Source: Patescibacteria group bacterium | GTDB lineage: Bacteria > Patescibacteriota > Patescibacteriia > JAXHNJ01 | DNA: 64,000 bases | Assembly: GCA_034520665.1 (NCBI GenBank) | Contig: JAXHNJ010000002.1 | Location: 352,660-416,659, forward strand | Direction of reading: 5' to 3' | Shown: in pieces, positions 1-9,374 of the stretch | Numbering within the stretch: the first letter of the stretch is position 1 | Layout of the letters: each line of letters begins with the position of its first letter | The notes under the pieces: model-generated | Told to the model about the DNA's origin: nothing | The model's input: the letters and a program-made list of their open reading frames with translations, nothing else | The model's database searches: none | Translations under genes and position numbers: made by a program

Positions 1-374
1 GCTATTGACGGTTGAGGTGAATTATTTATTGGTGTAGCTTGGTCCCAATTTTCTTCAGTAATTGACGAGAGAGCGTAACGGATATCATAAGTAGTGGCCT
101 GGCCAATAGCTCCGTCATCACCCGGTGCTGTCCATTTTAGAGTAACCGAGTTCGAACTCTGGCTGACAATATAATTTTGGGTATCGGCCGGTAAAGCCAC
201 AAAACCAGCCACATAAAAAATGACTGACGATATTACTGCTATCACTCCGACTGAATAACAAGTGCCCTGAAATATTTTTTGATAAGTCTTTACCTCTAAA
301 CCCAGATTGATTTTTATTTTGGTCAATAGTTTTAATGATTTTTGGTTGTCTTTTTCAAAATAAATTGGTTTCAT
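1..374 (-). CDS. Membrane-anchored fibronectin type III (WTAPGDDG-type) protein, N-terminal part; runs off the window
   Basis: Not in the ORF track. Manual translation from ATG 374: MKPIYFEKD...SVGVIAVISSVIFYVAGFVALP (TM) ADTQNYIVSQSSNSVTLKWTAPGDDGAIGQATTYDIRYALSSITEENWDQAT...; open to position 1; starts 2 nt after the upstream stop. Confidence 0.85.
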   Translation of the reverse strand, partial: MKPIYFEKDNQKSLKLLTKIKINLGLEVKTYQKIFQGTCYSVGVIAVISSVIFYVAGFVALPADTQNYIVSQSSNSVTLKWTAPGDDGAIGQATTYDIRYALSSITEENWDQATPINNSPQPSI

Positions 375-376
375 AT

Positions 377-2767
377 TTAGGTGGCGTTTAAGTCATTAAT
401 ATTATCAGGTGGAGTTTCATCGGCTGGCACTTCAGTATTAATATAAATATTATTCTGATACCGTTCAAAATCAATAGAATTATTTTCATTATCCAAAACT
501 GAAGTTACATATGGACCGTAAATTATGGATTCAGCTAAAGCATCACTAATCGTTACTGTTGAGCCATCACTGGCAACACTAATAGATTCAGCATTGGTTT
601 GTACTAAATCAATATCATTAACCAATAAAGAATTACCCTGATAAAGACCAAATTTAGATAAAGTATTATTATTTTTTCTCACTAAAGTAAATTTTCCATT
701 ACTAACTATATTATCATAGGAAATATTATTATTGGTATAAAACAAATAATCATCAATATTATTGTCCCAGGTTAATTTCACGCCGTAACCATTATTTACT
801 GGCAGATTAGTAAAATCGGGTGAATCAGAATTAGCTAGATAAGGATACATAATTGTAAAAAATTGAGGATTAACTGTATTATTAGTCACTACCAGCCGCT
901 GATTATCACCATCCTTATTGCCGGTATCATAAACACCCTGCGATAAACTAAGGTTAGAAAAATCAGGATTGGCAAAATAAATATCCAGTTTATTGCCCTT
1001 GTATTTACCAGTAATAGTAATTGGGTTTTGGCTGGTATCAATCGTATTATTTAAAGTGGAATGTAATAACCAATCGTATTTATGACTATTAGCATCTTTT
1101 TTAATATCATCGAATACTACAAAATATTCTCCGACTTCTGACTTTTTTACCGCTAAAACATAGCGATTGGCTTTTTCCACTGTATTGGGTTCACAACGCC
1201 AACCGCTCCAATCAGAATATCCTAGATTACAGTCAGGGCATTCAGCTGGGAAGGGATAGCCATCAGCATTAAACTCGCTGTGTCCATTATAAGCTGGAGA
1301 GAGATCAGCTTGGAGATAATCACTAAAAGGGTTAATTAAATGATTGGCGATATTACCATCTGTTCCAAGCGAACTGCCGGCATTATTTTGCCCAACATCG
1401 TCAATAGCTATAGTATTGTGGTCTTGCCAATCGCCGGCCCCATAGCCGGAATCAACCACAAAATCTTCGCCTTTTGACCAAAGAGTAAAATTACCTTGAT
1501 CTTCTTGAGCATGGCCTCCGTAAAACTTACCCGCATAGAGAGAAAAAACTGAATCGTTTGTCTCGGTTTGATTAACTCTCGGCCAGCCAGTACGGTAATA
1601 ATAAAGACCGCGATGTGAAAAAAGTTTTGAATTTGGCAATATTTGATTGGGATCCGCTGGTTCGATGTCTTGACTCCACAAAACCGTAGCTACATTATCA
1701 ATGTACGACAACCATAAATTCCGTCCCTGTGAAGCTTCCTTATCCCAAAGCCATTTGGCAAGACTGCTGTTATATCTATATTGCGGCCAGTCCATAATTC
1801 CGTTATACAAAGACAAAGGATAAGTTGTCCATAAGGCATCATTAAGATTATTTATTTGTGACCAAGAATTAGGACGAATATTATAAGCTAACCAATTTGA
1901 CATTTCACTAAGCTGTGGCAAAGTGCTGTAATCATAGCCATCATATTTTTTTCTAGCCTCTACGTAAGGAGCAAAAAATCTCATAGCAAAGCCGGCATAA
2001 AGAACACCTTCATTAAAAGCGCCATCCGTGCCAAAAATACTGTTAAGATTAATATTAATTACTGCCTCTGACCAAGCAAGTGCTTTATCTAAAAGTGTAT
2101 CATCTATGCCCTCTCCTCGGAAAACAATAGAAGCCAGGCCCACAGCACTACCACTCATCACTCCGCCATTATTAACATAAGGGCGATACTTTTTAGCTTC
2201 CCAGTCCCAAATCGGCCAATCACCACGATCACTAATATAAGTCAAAAGGCTTTGCATTTCGTTAACCATAATATTTTTTTCTTCCTGACTAGCTCCATCA
2301 AAACACATATCAAAACCTAAAGACATGGCAAAAATTCTTTGTGAACAAGCATGGGGGTCCTGACTATTATCATAATTATTAGCTAGATACAAAACTGCTT
2401 GTTTGCATTTATCCCGATATTCATATTTATTAGCATTAGATTGACTAGAAAGTTGATAAGCCGTGCCCAGAAGCGGAATATTAATAAAGCCATATTCTAA
2501 ACCTATCCAGGAATTAGGCGAAGAATAACCAACTATGGTATCCGCCCGGTTAATCAGACGATTATAAGCTGCGTCATCATCGCCTAAACTATCACTAATC
2601 TTTTCTCTTAAAGACAGAATTTCTTCTTCCGTAAAAAGTAAGCGTGGATGAAAAGCACCTTCCTGCGCCTTAACTGAAAAGATCCCAGGCTTAACTATTA
2701 ATCCAGAAATAGTCAAAAAAGCAAGAAATAAGCTTAATATAATTATTTTTTTGTTTCGTTTATTCAT
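377..2767 (-). CDS. Secreted heparinase II/III-like (polysaccharide lyase-type) protein
   Basis: N-terminal signal/TM; HPRLLF start typical of the DUF4962/alpha-barrel region; 'EG..Y' and 'HAQEDQGNFTLW..GEDFVVDSGY...HNTI' motifs of the Hepar_II_III domain. Confidence 0.7.
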   Translation of the reverse strand: MNKRNKKIIILSLFLAFLTISGLIVKPGIFSVKAQEGAFHPRLLFTEEEILSLREKISDSLGDDDAAYNRLINRADTIVGYSSPNSWIGLEYGFINIPLLGTAYQLSSQSNANKYEYRDKCKQAVLYLANNYDNSQDPHACSQRIFAMSLGFDMCFDGASQEEKNIMVNEMQSLLTYISDRGDWPIWDWEAKKYRPYVNNGGVMSGSAVGLASIVFRGEGIDDTLLDKALAWSEAVININLNSIFGTDGAFNEGVLYAGFAMRFFAPYVEARKKYDGYDYSTLPQLSEMSNWLAYNIRPNSWSQINNLNDALWTTYPLSLYNGIMDWPQYRYNSSLAKWLWDKEASQGRNLWLSYIDNVATVLWSQDIEPADPNQILPNSKLFSHRGLYYYRTGWPRVNQTETNDSVFSLYAGKFYGGHAQEDQGNFTLWSKGEDFVVDSGYGAGDWQDHNTIAIDDVGQNNAGSSLGTDGNIANHLINPFSDYLQADLSPAYNGHSEFNADGYPFPAECPDCNLGYSDWSGWRCEPNTVEKANRYVLAVKKSEVGEYFVVFDDIKKDANSHKYDWLLHSTLNNTIDTSQNPITITGKYKGNKLDIYFANPDFSNLSLSQGVYDTGNKDGDNQRLVVTNNTVNPQFFTIMYPYLANSDSPDFTNLPVNNGYGVKLTWDNNIDDYLFYTNNNISYDNIVSNGKFTLVRKNNNTLSKFGLYQGNSLLVNDIDLVQTNAESISVASDGSTVTISDALAESIIYGPYVTSVLDNENNSIDFERYQNNIYINTEVPADETPPDNINDLNAT

Positions 2768-2799
2768 TATTTTTATTATAAACCTAAATCAAAATTACT

Positions 2800-4371
2800 T
2801 TAAGTAGCTTTTAAATCATCAATAGTCCCTGGAACAATAGTATCGACTTCCAATAATATGGCTCCCTCCCAGTTTCTCAAAGAAATTTCGGTTATTTTCG
2901 GCCCCAAATTTGCATCGGCATCAAGTGATTTGAAAGTACCGGGTAATAAATGAGTGGTTCGTGAATTTTCACTAAGGTTATAACCAACATGAGGCGGTTT
3001 AATTAAAACCATCGCTTTTGTAAAATTTCTTGCAAATATTTTATAATTATAATTATTTCCATCTATTCCTTCAGCAAAAACATAATAGTCACCCTCTGGC
3101 TGACCAATATCGTAGCCAATGGCATCATACCAAGCATTATAAGGATCAATGTCGAGACTATTAACTACCGGATAAGAAAAAAAGTAAGTATTTTCATTTT
3201 TTGAAAGATAGTAGGTAGCTAAACCAGCAATTCTTGAGATGTCAGCAATTGAAGCATTTCCGTCTTCTAATCTATGCTGCCTTAAAACAATATGTCCTTC
3301 GTTTGAAGCATCTAAACAAGCTTTGAGTTCATTTTCAAATGAATTAATATTCATGCCTGAATGAATTGATCCTTCGCGGATATAAATATCAACATTATCC
3401 TTAAAAGTAAAGGTTGGTTCTTCATAACTATTATCCAAATGTCTCCAAGTATTAGCAGCTAAATATTTACCCAGATAAGTCTCGTGTAATTTATTTTGAA
3501 TAATTTCTGTTAAATTAGCTAAATAAGTATTATACTCTTCTCTAGAAGAAAATTCTCTTAAATTTTGAAATTCTTCTTCAGTAGAAAAATGAGCATAACC
3601 ATCCCAGGACAACACATCTAGAAAATAGCCGTCAACATTTTCTTCATATTTTATTATTAGCTGCTCGGTATAATAATCCTGCCAAAAATCAATATAAACC
3701 GGTGATTTAATATTAGTATACCAACTAGAAGCATCCCAAGCTCCGGGTACTCTTGAGCGAGTCGGATCAGCCGGATCATAAGGGGTTATGGTAATTTCCG
3801 TGGTGCCATAACGATCTTCCCGGCCACCAAAAGTAAAAGTAATTGGATCAGAAGTCTCTGATAGATGCAACCAACAATCTTCAAAAGCTTCATCAACTGA
3901 ATTAAAACCCCAGCCGTTATAATTATCAAAATTATTTTCTATCCAATTATATAAATCAGTCCACTGACCTTCCCAATAATAAGTATTAGAAGAGTAATCA
4001 TAAAAACCAGCCCCTGTATTGGCATCACCGCCAAGAATTAATCGGTTTGCTTCTTGTTCTTTATAATCCTGTGGCGAATAGCCAGTAACAATAAGATCGT
4101 GCTTACTTAACCAGAAATCTTTAACATCTTCAGCCGAATAATCCGGAAATTTACCTTCCCCATATTCCCCAAATCGAGTATAGGGCATTAAATAATAGCC
4201 ATAACTTTTCACTGATGAAAGGGGAACTTGATAGTTAGTTTCTTGTCCAACCGCTTCTTTTGTTTTATCTGCCCAGAAACTTATTTTTGATAAATAAAAA
4301 ATACCCGATAAAACTAAAATTAGTGTAAAAAATCCGTAAGTTAAGTATTTTAAATATTTATTTATCATCAT
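2800..4371 (-). CDS. Secreted putative glycoside hydrolase (GHL15/TIM-barrel-like)
   Basis: N-terminal TM; 'VDGYFLD', 'WYDAIGYDIGQPEG' and 'IFARNFTKAMVLIKP' resemble hypothetical glycosyl hydrolase family 15 proteins. Confidence 0.55.
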   Translation of the reverse strand: MMINKYLKYLTYGFFTLILVLSGIFYLSKISFWADKTKEAVGQETNYQVPLSSVKSYGYYLMPYTRFGEYGEGKFPDYSAEDVKDFWLSKHDLIVTGYSPQDYKEQEANRLILGGDANTGAGFYDYSSNTYYWEGQWTDLYNWIENNFDNYNGWGFNSVDEAFEDCWLHLSETSDPITFTFGGREDRYGTTEITITPYDPADPTRSRVPGAWDASSWYTNIKSPVYIDFWQDYYTEQLIIKYEENVDGYFLDVLSWDGYAHFSTEEEFQNLREFSSREEYNTYLANLTEIIQNKLHETYLGKYLAANTWRHLDNSYEEPTFTFKDNVDIYIREGSIHSGMNINSFENELKACLDASNEGHIVLRQHRLEDGNASIADISRIAGLATYYLSKNENTYFFSYPVVNSLDIDPYNAWYDAIGYDIGQPEGDYYVFAEGIDGNNYNYKIFARNFTKAMVLIKPPHVGYNLSENSRTTHLLPGTFKSLDADANLGPKITEISLRNWEGAILLEVDTIVPGTIDDLKAT

Positions 4372-4427
4372 CTTTATTATACCAAGCTGTAAACAATTTG
4401 ATAAATCCTGTATAATACATCAGCTTT

Positions 4428-6398
4428 ATGAAATTTAAACTACGAACAAAATTTAAACCAACTGGCGATCAGCCGCAGGCTATAAAAAAAATTACCAGGG
4501 GTCTTAATAATAGTTTAAAAAACCAAACCTTGCTTGGCGTCACCGGCTCTGGCAAAACTTTTACTATGGCTAACATTATTGAAAAAGTACAAAGGCCAAC
4601 TTTAATTATTTCACATAATAAAACTTTGGCCGCTCAACTAGCCAGTGAATTTAAACAGTTTTTTCCTAAAAACGCGGTTAATTATTTTGTCTCTTATTAT
4701 GATTATTACCAACCAGAGGTTTATATTCCCCGCTCAGATACTTATATTGCTAAAGAAACCCAAATTAATCAAGAAATAGACCGCCTGCGTCATGCTTCCA
4801 CGGCTGATCTTTTAACTAGAAAAGATGTTATTATTGTGGCTTCAGTTTCCTGTATTTATTCGCTAGGCTCGCCAAGTACTTATCAAAAACAAAAAGTAAA
4901 TATAAAAAAATCTGAAAAAAAATCAAGAACTAAATTATTTAAAGAATTAACCCGTATTCAGTATAAAAGAAATGATATTGATTTCCATCGGGGAGTTTTT
5001 CGAGCTAAAGGTGATACGGTTGACATTTATCCCGCTTCGGCCCGGGAGGAAGGTTTTAAAATAGAATTTTTTGGTGATGAAATTGAAAACATAAGCCGTT
5101 TTGATCCTTTGACCGGAGAAAGACTGGAAGACTTAAAAAAAATTGATATTTACCCGGCCAGCCATTATTTAACTACTCAAGAAAATCTCGATCATATTTT
5201 CCAACAAATTAGAAAAGATTTGCGCCAAAGATTAAAAAATTTGAAAAAACAAAATAAACTTTTGGAAGCCCAAAGACTAGAACAAAGAACTAATTATGAC
5301 CTGGAAATGATAAAAACCACCGGCTTTTGTTCGGGTATTGAAAATTATTCCCGTTATTTTGACGGCCGTTCGCCAGGAGATCCTGCTTTTACTCTCTTTG
5401 ATTATTATCCAAATAACTTTCTGGTTTTTATTGATGAATCACACATGACTATTCCGCAAATTGGCGCTATGTATAAAGGCGACCGTTCCCGTAAAAAAAC
5501 TCTAATTAAGCATGGTTTTCGCCTGCCTTCAGCTCTGGATAACCGACCGCTTAAGTTTAAGGAATACGAAAAAAGGGTTAATCAAGCCGTTTATGTCTCG
5601 GCTACTCCCTCTTCTTATGAAAAAAGGGTTTCAGATCAAGTGGTTGAGCAACTGCTTAGACCAACCGGTTTGCTAGACCCGACTATTAAAGTCAAGCCGA
5701 CCAAAAACCAGATTGATGATCTTATTCACCAAATTAAAGAAAGAATAAAGAAAAAACAAAGAGTTCTGGTAACTACTTTAACCAAAAGAATGGCTGAAGA
5801 ACTGGCTGAATATTTAAGTGAAGTTAATATCAAAGTTCATTACCTACATTCAGAAATTGATACCCTGAAACGCCTGGAAATACTCAGGGATTTACGAATA
5901 GGCACCTATGAAGTATTAGTAGGCATAAATCTTCTTCGCGAGGGTCTAGATTTACCAGAAGTTTCATTAATCATCATACTAGACGCTGATAAAGAGGGTT
6001 ACTTAAGAACCTCCACCGCTTTAATCCAAACTATGGGCCGGGCCGCTCGGCACCAGGAAGGCCATATTATTATGTACGCGGACAAAATCACTAAATCTAT
6101 GAAGCAAGCGATTGATGAAACTAAACGCCGCCGCCAATACCAAAAAAAATACAATAAAAAATATAAAATTACTCCGACTTCTATCAAAAAAGCGATACAA
6201 AAAGATCGTTTGGCCGGAGTTAAAATAGCTGAAACTGAAATTGAGCATCCTGATATTAAAAAAATACCCAAAGGTGAAATTAACCATCTAATTAAAGACT
6301 TAAAAGACCAGATGGAGCTAGCGGCTCAAAATCTTGAATTTGAAAAAGCGGCCGCTTTGCGCGATGAGATTAAAAGTATCAGAAAACAAAGCCAATAA
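4428..6398 (+). CDS. uvrB: Excinuclease ABC subunit B
   Basis: PTGDQP, GVTGSGKT Walker A, YYDYYQPE, DESH, GINLLREGLD, C-terminal UVR coiled coil. Confidence 0.98.
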   Translation: MKFKLRTKFKPTGDQPQAIKKITRGLNNSLKNQTLLGVTGSGKTFTMANIIEKVQRPTLIISHNKTLAAQLASEFKQFFPKNAVNYFVSYYDYYQPEVYIPRSDTYIAKETQINQEIDRLRHASTADLLTRKDVIIVASVSCIYSLGSPSTYQKQKVNIKKSEKKSRTKLFKELTRIQYKRNDIDFHRGVFRAKGDTVDIYPASAREEGFKIEFFGDEIENISRFDPLTGERLEDLKKIDIYPASHYLTTQENLDHIFQQIRKDLRQRLKNLKKQNKLLEAQRLEQRTNYDLEMIKTTGFCSGIENYSRYFDGRSPGDPAFTLFDYYPNNFLVFIDESHMTIPQIGAMYKGDRSRKKTLIKHGFRLPSALDNRPLKFKEYEKRVNQAVYVSATPSSYEKRVSDQVVEQLLRPTGLLDPTIKVKPTKNQIDDLIHQIKERIKKKQRVLVTTLTKRMAEELAEYLSEVNIKVHYLHSEIDTLKRLEILRDLRIGTYEVLVGINLLREGLDLPEVSLIIILDADKEGYLRTSTALIQTMGRAARHQEGHIIMYADKITKSMKQAIDETKRRRQYQKKYNKKYKITPTSIKKAIQKDRLAGVKIAETEIEHPDIKKIPKGEINHLIKDLKDQMELAAQNLEFEKAAALRDEIKSIRKQSQ

Positions 6399-6435
6399 AA
6401 AAAGGCTGCCATTTTTTTAAAAATTAGCAGCCTTA
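6397..6435. terminator. Hairpin terminator between convergent uvrB and sigma genes
   Basis: AAGGCTGC...GCAGCCTT inverted repeat preceded by an A-run (U-tail on the minus strand). Confidence 0.6.
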
Positions 6436-6436
6436 G

Positions 6437-7936
6437 TTAATAATCAGGATGAATGCCTTCTAGAAAACAAGCTCGACTGGGATGTCTTAATTTTTTTAAA
6501 GCTTTTTCTTCAATCTGCCGCACTCTTTCACGGGTAACCCCTAAGATTTTACCTACTTCTTCTAAGGTTCTGTCTTGGCCGTCTCCCAGACCAAATCTTA
6601 AACGGATCACTTTTTCCTCACGGCGACTGAGAGTAGCCAAAACTTTTTCGGCCTTGTCACTAAGCAGTGAATGCCTGGCTACCTCGGCCGGTGAGACAGC
6701 CTTTTTATCTTCAATAAAATTACCAAAAAAAGAATCTTCCTCATCACTGACCTTTTTATCCAGAGATTGGGGATTTTTAGCAAACTCTAAGGCCTTTTCT
6801 ATTTTTGCTACTGGTAAATTTAATTTATTGGCTATATCTTCTGGCTTTGGTGACCGTTTTATTTCCTGATATAACTCTTGCCTAGCCCGTACTACTTTAT
6901 TAATAATCTCAACCATATGTACCGGCACTCTGATGGTTCGAGATTGGTCAGCTAAAGCGTGGGTAATAGCATGGCGAATCCACCAGACCGCATAAGTAGA
7001 AAACTTATAGCCTTTACAATAATCAAATTTTTCCACGGCTCGTATTAAGCCGGCATTGCCTTCTTGAATAAGATCTAAAAAATCCATTCCTCGGTAAGTG
7101 TAACGCTTGGCCACAGCCACCACTAAACGCACATTGGCTTCAGTCATTTCATGCTTGGCTTTTTCTATAATTATTAAGCCTTTTTCTAATTGTTGTCTGA
7201 CTTCTCCTAAAAAGCGACTATTTAACTCCTCTTCGTCATCACTTTTTATATTCCTAGCTTTTTCAATCAATTTTTTCAAGTATTTAGGCTGAAATCTAAA
7301 CTTAAGACAAAGATCACTGTATCTCTTTTTCTTCTGATCATACTCTTTTTGCCAGGAATCTACTTTACTCTGATTTTTTTTCAGATAAAATAATTTTCTT
7401 CTAAGCAGCAGGATTTCTTCCAGAAGACGAATACATTTTTTGCTATTGGCGGCCCAAGGATTATTGTGATGAAGTTCTCCACGAATTTCAAAAAACTTAA
7501 TAGGCTTATATTTCTTTTCTTGCAAAACTCTGATAACTTTATGCATTTCTAATGAAATAGGCTCAAGTCTAAACAAAGCTTGATGTGTTTTTTGATAACC
7601 CCTTTCTATCTTCCGAAATATTTCAATCTCTTCTTGCCATGTAAGCAGCTGGCTTTTTGATATTTCATGAAGATAGAAGCCCAATGAATTATGTTTTCTT
7701 TTTCTTCTCCCTAATGTCTTTTTCTTAGTTTTGACAGAACTGGGAGAAGAAAGTTGAAGACCAAGATTTTTATAAGCCTTTTTGAGAATAGATTTTTTTA
7801 AGCCGTTAACTTTAAGCTGTGCAAATATTTTATCCAGATCTCCCTGGTAATTCTGATGAGCTTGACGCAAAGCCTGATCAATGTCCAAGCCAGTCTTTTT
7901 TTCAATCCTTCGGCCCAGTTCTGTCTGTGCTGCCAT
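6437..7936 (-). CDS. RpoD-family (group 1-like) sigma70 factor with atypical N-terminus
   Basis: Region 1.2 (YLHEI..LLT..EE), non-conserved region, region 2 ([28 protein letters not shown]), region 4 (TLEEVG...TRERVRQIE); AGGAGGTGA SD. Confidence 0.9.
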   Translation of the reverse strand: MAAQTELGRRIEKKTGLDIDQALRQAHQNYQGDLDKIFAQLKVNGLKKSILKKAYKNLGLQLSSPSSVKTKKKTLGRRKRKHNSLGFYLHEISKSQLLTWQEEIEIFRKIERGYQKTHQALFRLEPISLEMHKVIRVLQEKKYKPIKFFEIRGELHHNNPWAANSKKCIRLLEEILLLRRKLFYLKKNQSKVDSWQKEYDQKKKRYSDLCLKFRFQPKYLKKLIEKARNIKSDDEEELNSRFLGEVRQQLEKGLIIIEKAKHEMTEANVRLVVAVAKRYTYRGMDFLDLIQEGNAGLIRAVEKFDYCKGYKFSTYAVWWIRHAITHALADQSRTIRVPVHMVEIINKVVRARQELYQEIKRSPKPEDIANKLNLPVAKIEKALEFAKNPQSLDKKVSDEEDSFFGNFIEDKKAVSPAEVARHSLLSDKAEKVLATLSRREEKVIRLRFGLGDGQDRTLEEVGKILGVTRERVRQIEEKALKKLRHPSRACFLEGIHPDY

Positions 7937-7972
7937 TTATGAATTCACCTCCTTCTTCTAAACAAGTCTACT

Positions 7973-8611
7973 TTATAACCCAGACTCTGATTTTGAAATC
8001 ATTGCTTTTATACTTTTATGTTTTTTATATTGATAAAAATCCGCATCGTTTATTTGAAAGCCCGGCTTTGCAGATTTTTCCAGAGCCTTTTTCATTTTTC
8101 TTTTCCAGTCTCCTAAGCCTTCTGCTTGGTTAAATGAACGAACTAGAGCTTCCTTTAAGCTCTCACCTTCTTTGTCAGAAAAAGCACGGCGGTACATTTC
8201 CGCGTACTCTTTCATCTTACCGGTCATTTCCTTACCTAGGCTGGCAGACTTCTTTTCAGAACTGCTCTTTACTTTAGAATCTTTTTGATCCTCTTCTTCC
8301 GCAGGTTCTTCTTCCTGGGAGCTTTCCTCTTCTCCATCCCATTCAATCTCATTACTATAAATCTTAAGAGCCGCGATTACTGCGTGCCTGGCTTTTGTTA
8401 TCTTTTCAATATTATCTTCTGGAATATCAAAGTCTAAGAGCTTTTCTAGCTCAAGGGGTTTAAGCTCTTTTTCTTTAAAGTCAGTAGCCAAACACATAAG
8501 ATCAAATTCAGGCGGCAGATGTTCTATCCAGTTTTCATTGATTTCATCCGGGTGTTTGAGTAAAAATTGCAGCCGTCTGAAAAGTACTTCTGAAAATAAA
8601 GTTGAATTCAT
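7973..8611 (-). CDS. Hypothetical protein with acidic linker, co-oriented with the sigma gene
   Basis: 212-aa ORF with AAGGAGG SD and upstream TTGACA; no recognised domain. Confidence 0.7.
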   Translation of the reverse strand: MNSTLFSEVLFRRLQFLLKHPDEINENWIEHLPPEFDLMCLATDFKEKELKPLELEKLLDFDIPEDNIEKITKARHAVIAALKIYSNEIEWDGEEESSQEEEPAEEEDQKDSKVKSSSEKKSASLGKEMTGKMKEYAEMYRRAFSDKEGESLKEALVRSFNQAEGLGDWKRKMKKALEKSAKPGFQINDADFYQYKKHKSIKAMISKSESGL

Positions 8612-8832
8612 TATTATCCTCCTTTTTTAAGTTTAAAAACTTTAAAACTCCGGCTAATTTAGATCCTGTCCATAAATAATCTCCTTTACTACATAATCCT
8701 GATTTAAATAAAAAATAAATGTCAAAGATCAAATACCCTCCACATTTTGATTTATTGTTATACCTTAGCCATATTTGTATAAATTGTCAATTAACAATTT
8801 TGTTGATAATTTTTTATTAAAAAAAATAACCC

Positions 8833-8860
8833 GTAGATGCTAGTCGCGACTAACGCCTAC
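8833..8860. repeat. Imperfect copy of the 28-bp palindrome at 11733-11760
   Basis: GTAGATGCTAGTCGCGACTAACGCCTAC versus GTAGATGTCAGTCGCGACTGACATCTAC. Confidence 0.7.
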
Positions 8861-8915
8861 TAGACAATAAAAACCAGTAAATATGCTATTATAAAAAGAG
8901 ATAAAACTAGAATTT

Positions 8916-9341
8916 ATGAAAAAAGAAAAAAAAGTCCTGGTTTTCGGCACTTTTGACCATCTTCACCCCGGTCACCAGTATTTTTTAAAAAAAGCCAAAA
9001 GTTTAGGAAATAGGTTAATGGTAGTATTGGCTCGAGATAAAAATGTCAAGAAAATCAAAGGGCAAAAGCCGAGCCAAAATGAAAAGCAAAGACTAATAAA
9101 AATTAAAAATCTTGATTTTGTTGATCAGGTCTTTTTAGGTCAAGATAATTTAAATCATAAATATGATATTATCAAAAAAATTAAGCCGGATATTATTGCT
9201 TTAGGTTATGATCAGAAAAATTTTACTCAGGATTTACCAAAATATATAAACAATAAAACAAAAATAATTAGACTTAAGGCATTTGAGCCTGGTAAATATA
9301 AATCATCAATTATTAAACAAAGAAAAAACGGCGACTTATAA
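8916..9341 (+). CDS. Cytidylyltransferase-family protein (archaeal-type FAD synthase RibL-like)
   Basis: FGTFDHLHPGH (HxGH), KPDIIALGYDQ, C-terminal SSII. Confidence 0.85.
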   Translation: MKKEKKVLVFGTFDHLHPGHQYFLKKAKSLGNRLMVVLARDKNVKKIKGQKPSQNEKQRLIKIKNLDFVDQVFLGQDNLNHKYDIIKKIKPDIIALGYDQKNFTQDLPKYINNKTKIIRLKAFEPGKYKSSIIKQRKNGDL

Positions 9342-9352
9342 AATCGCCGTTT
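9326..9352. terminator. Hairpin between convergent genes
   Basis: AAACGGCGA...TCGCCGTTT inverted repeat overlapping the stop codon. Confidence 0.55.
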
Positions 9353-9374
9353 GGTTAAAGTTCAAAATTAATAA

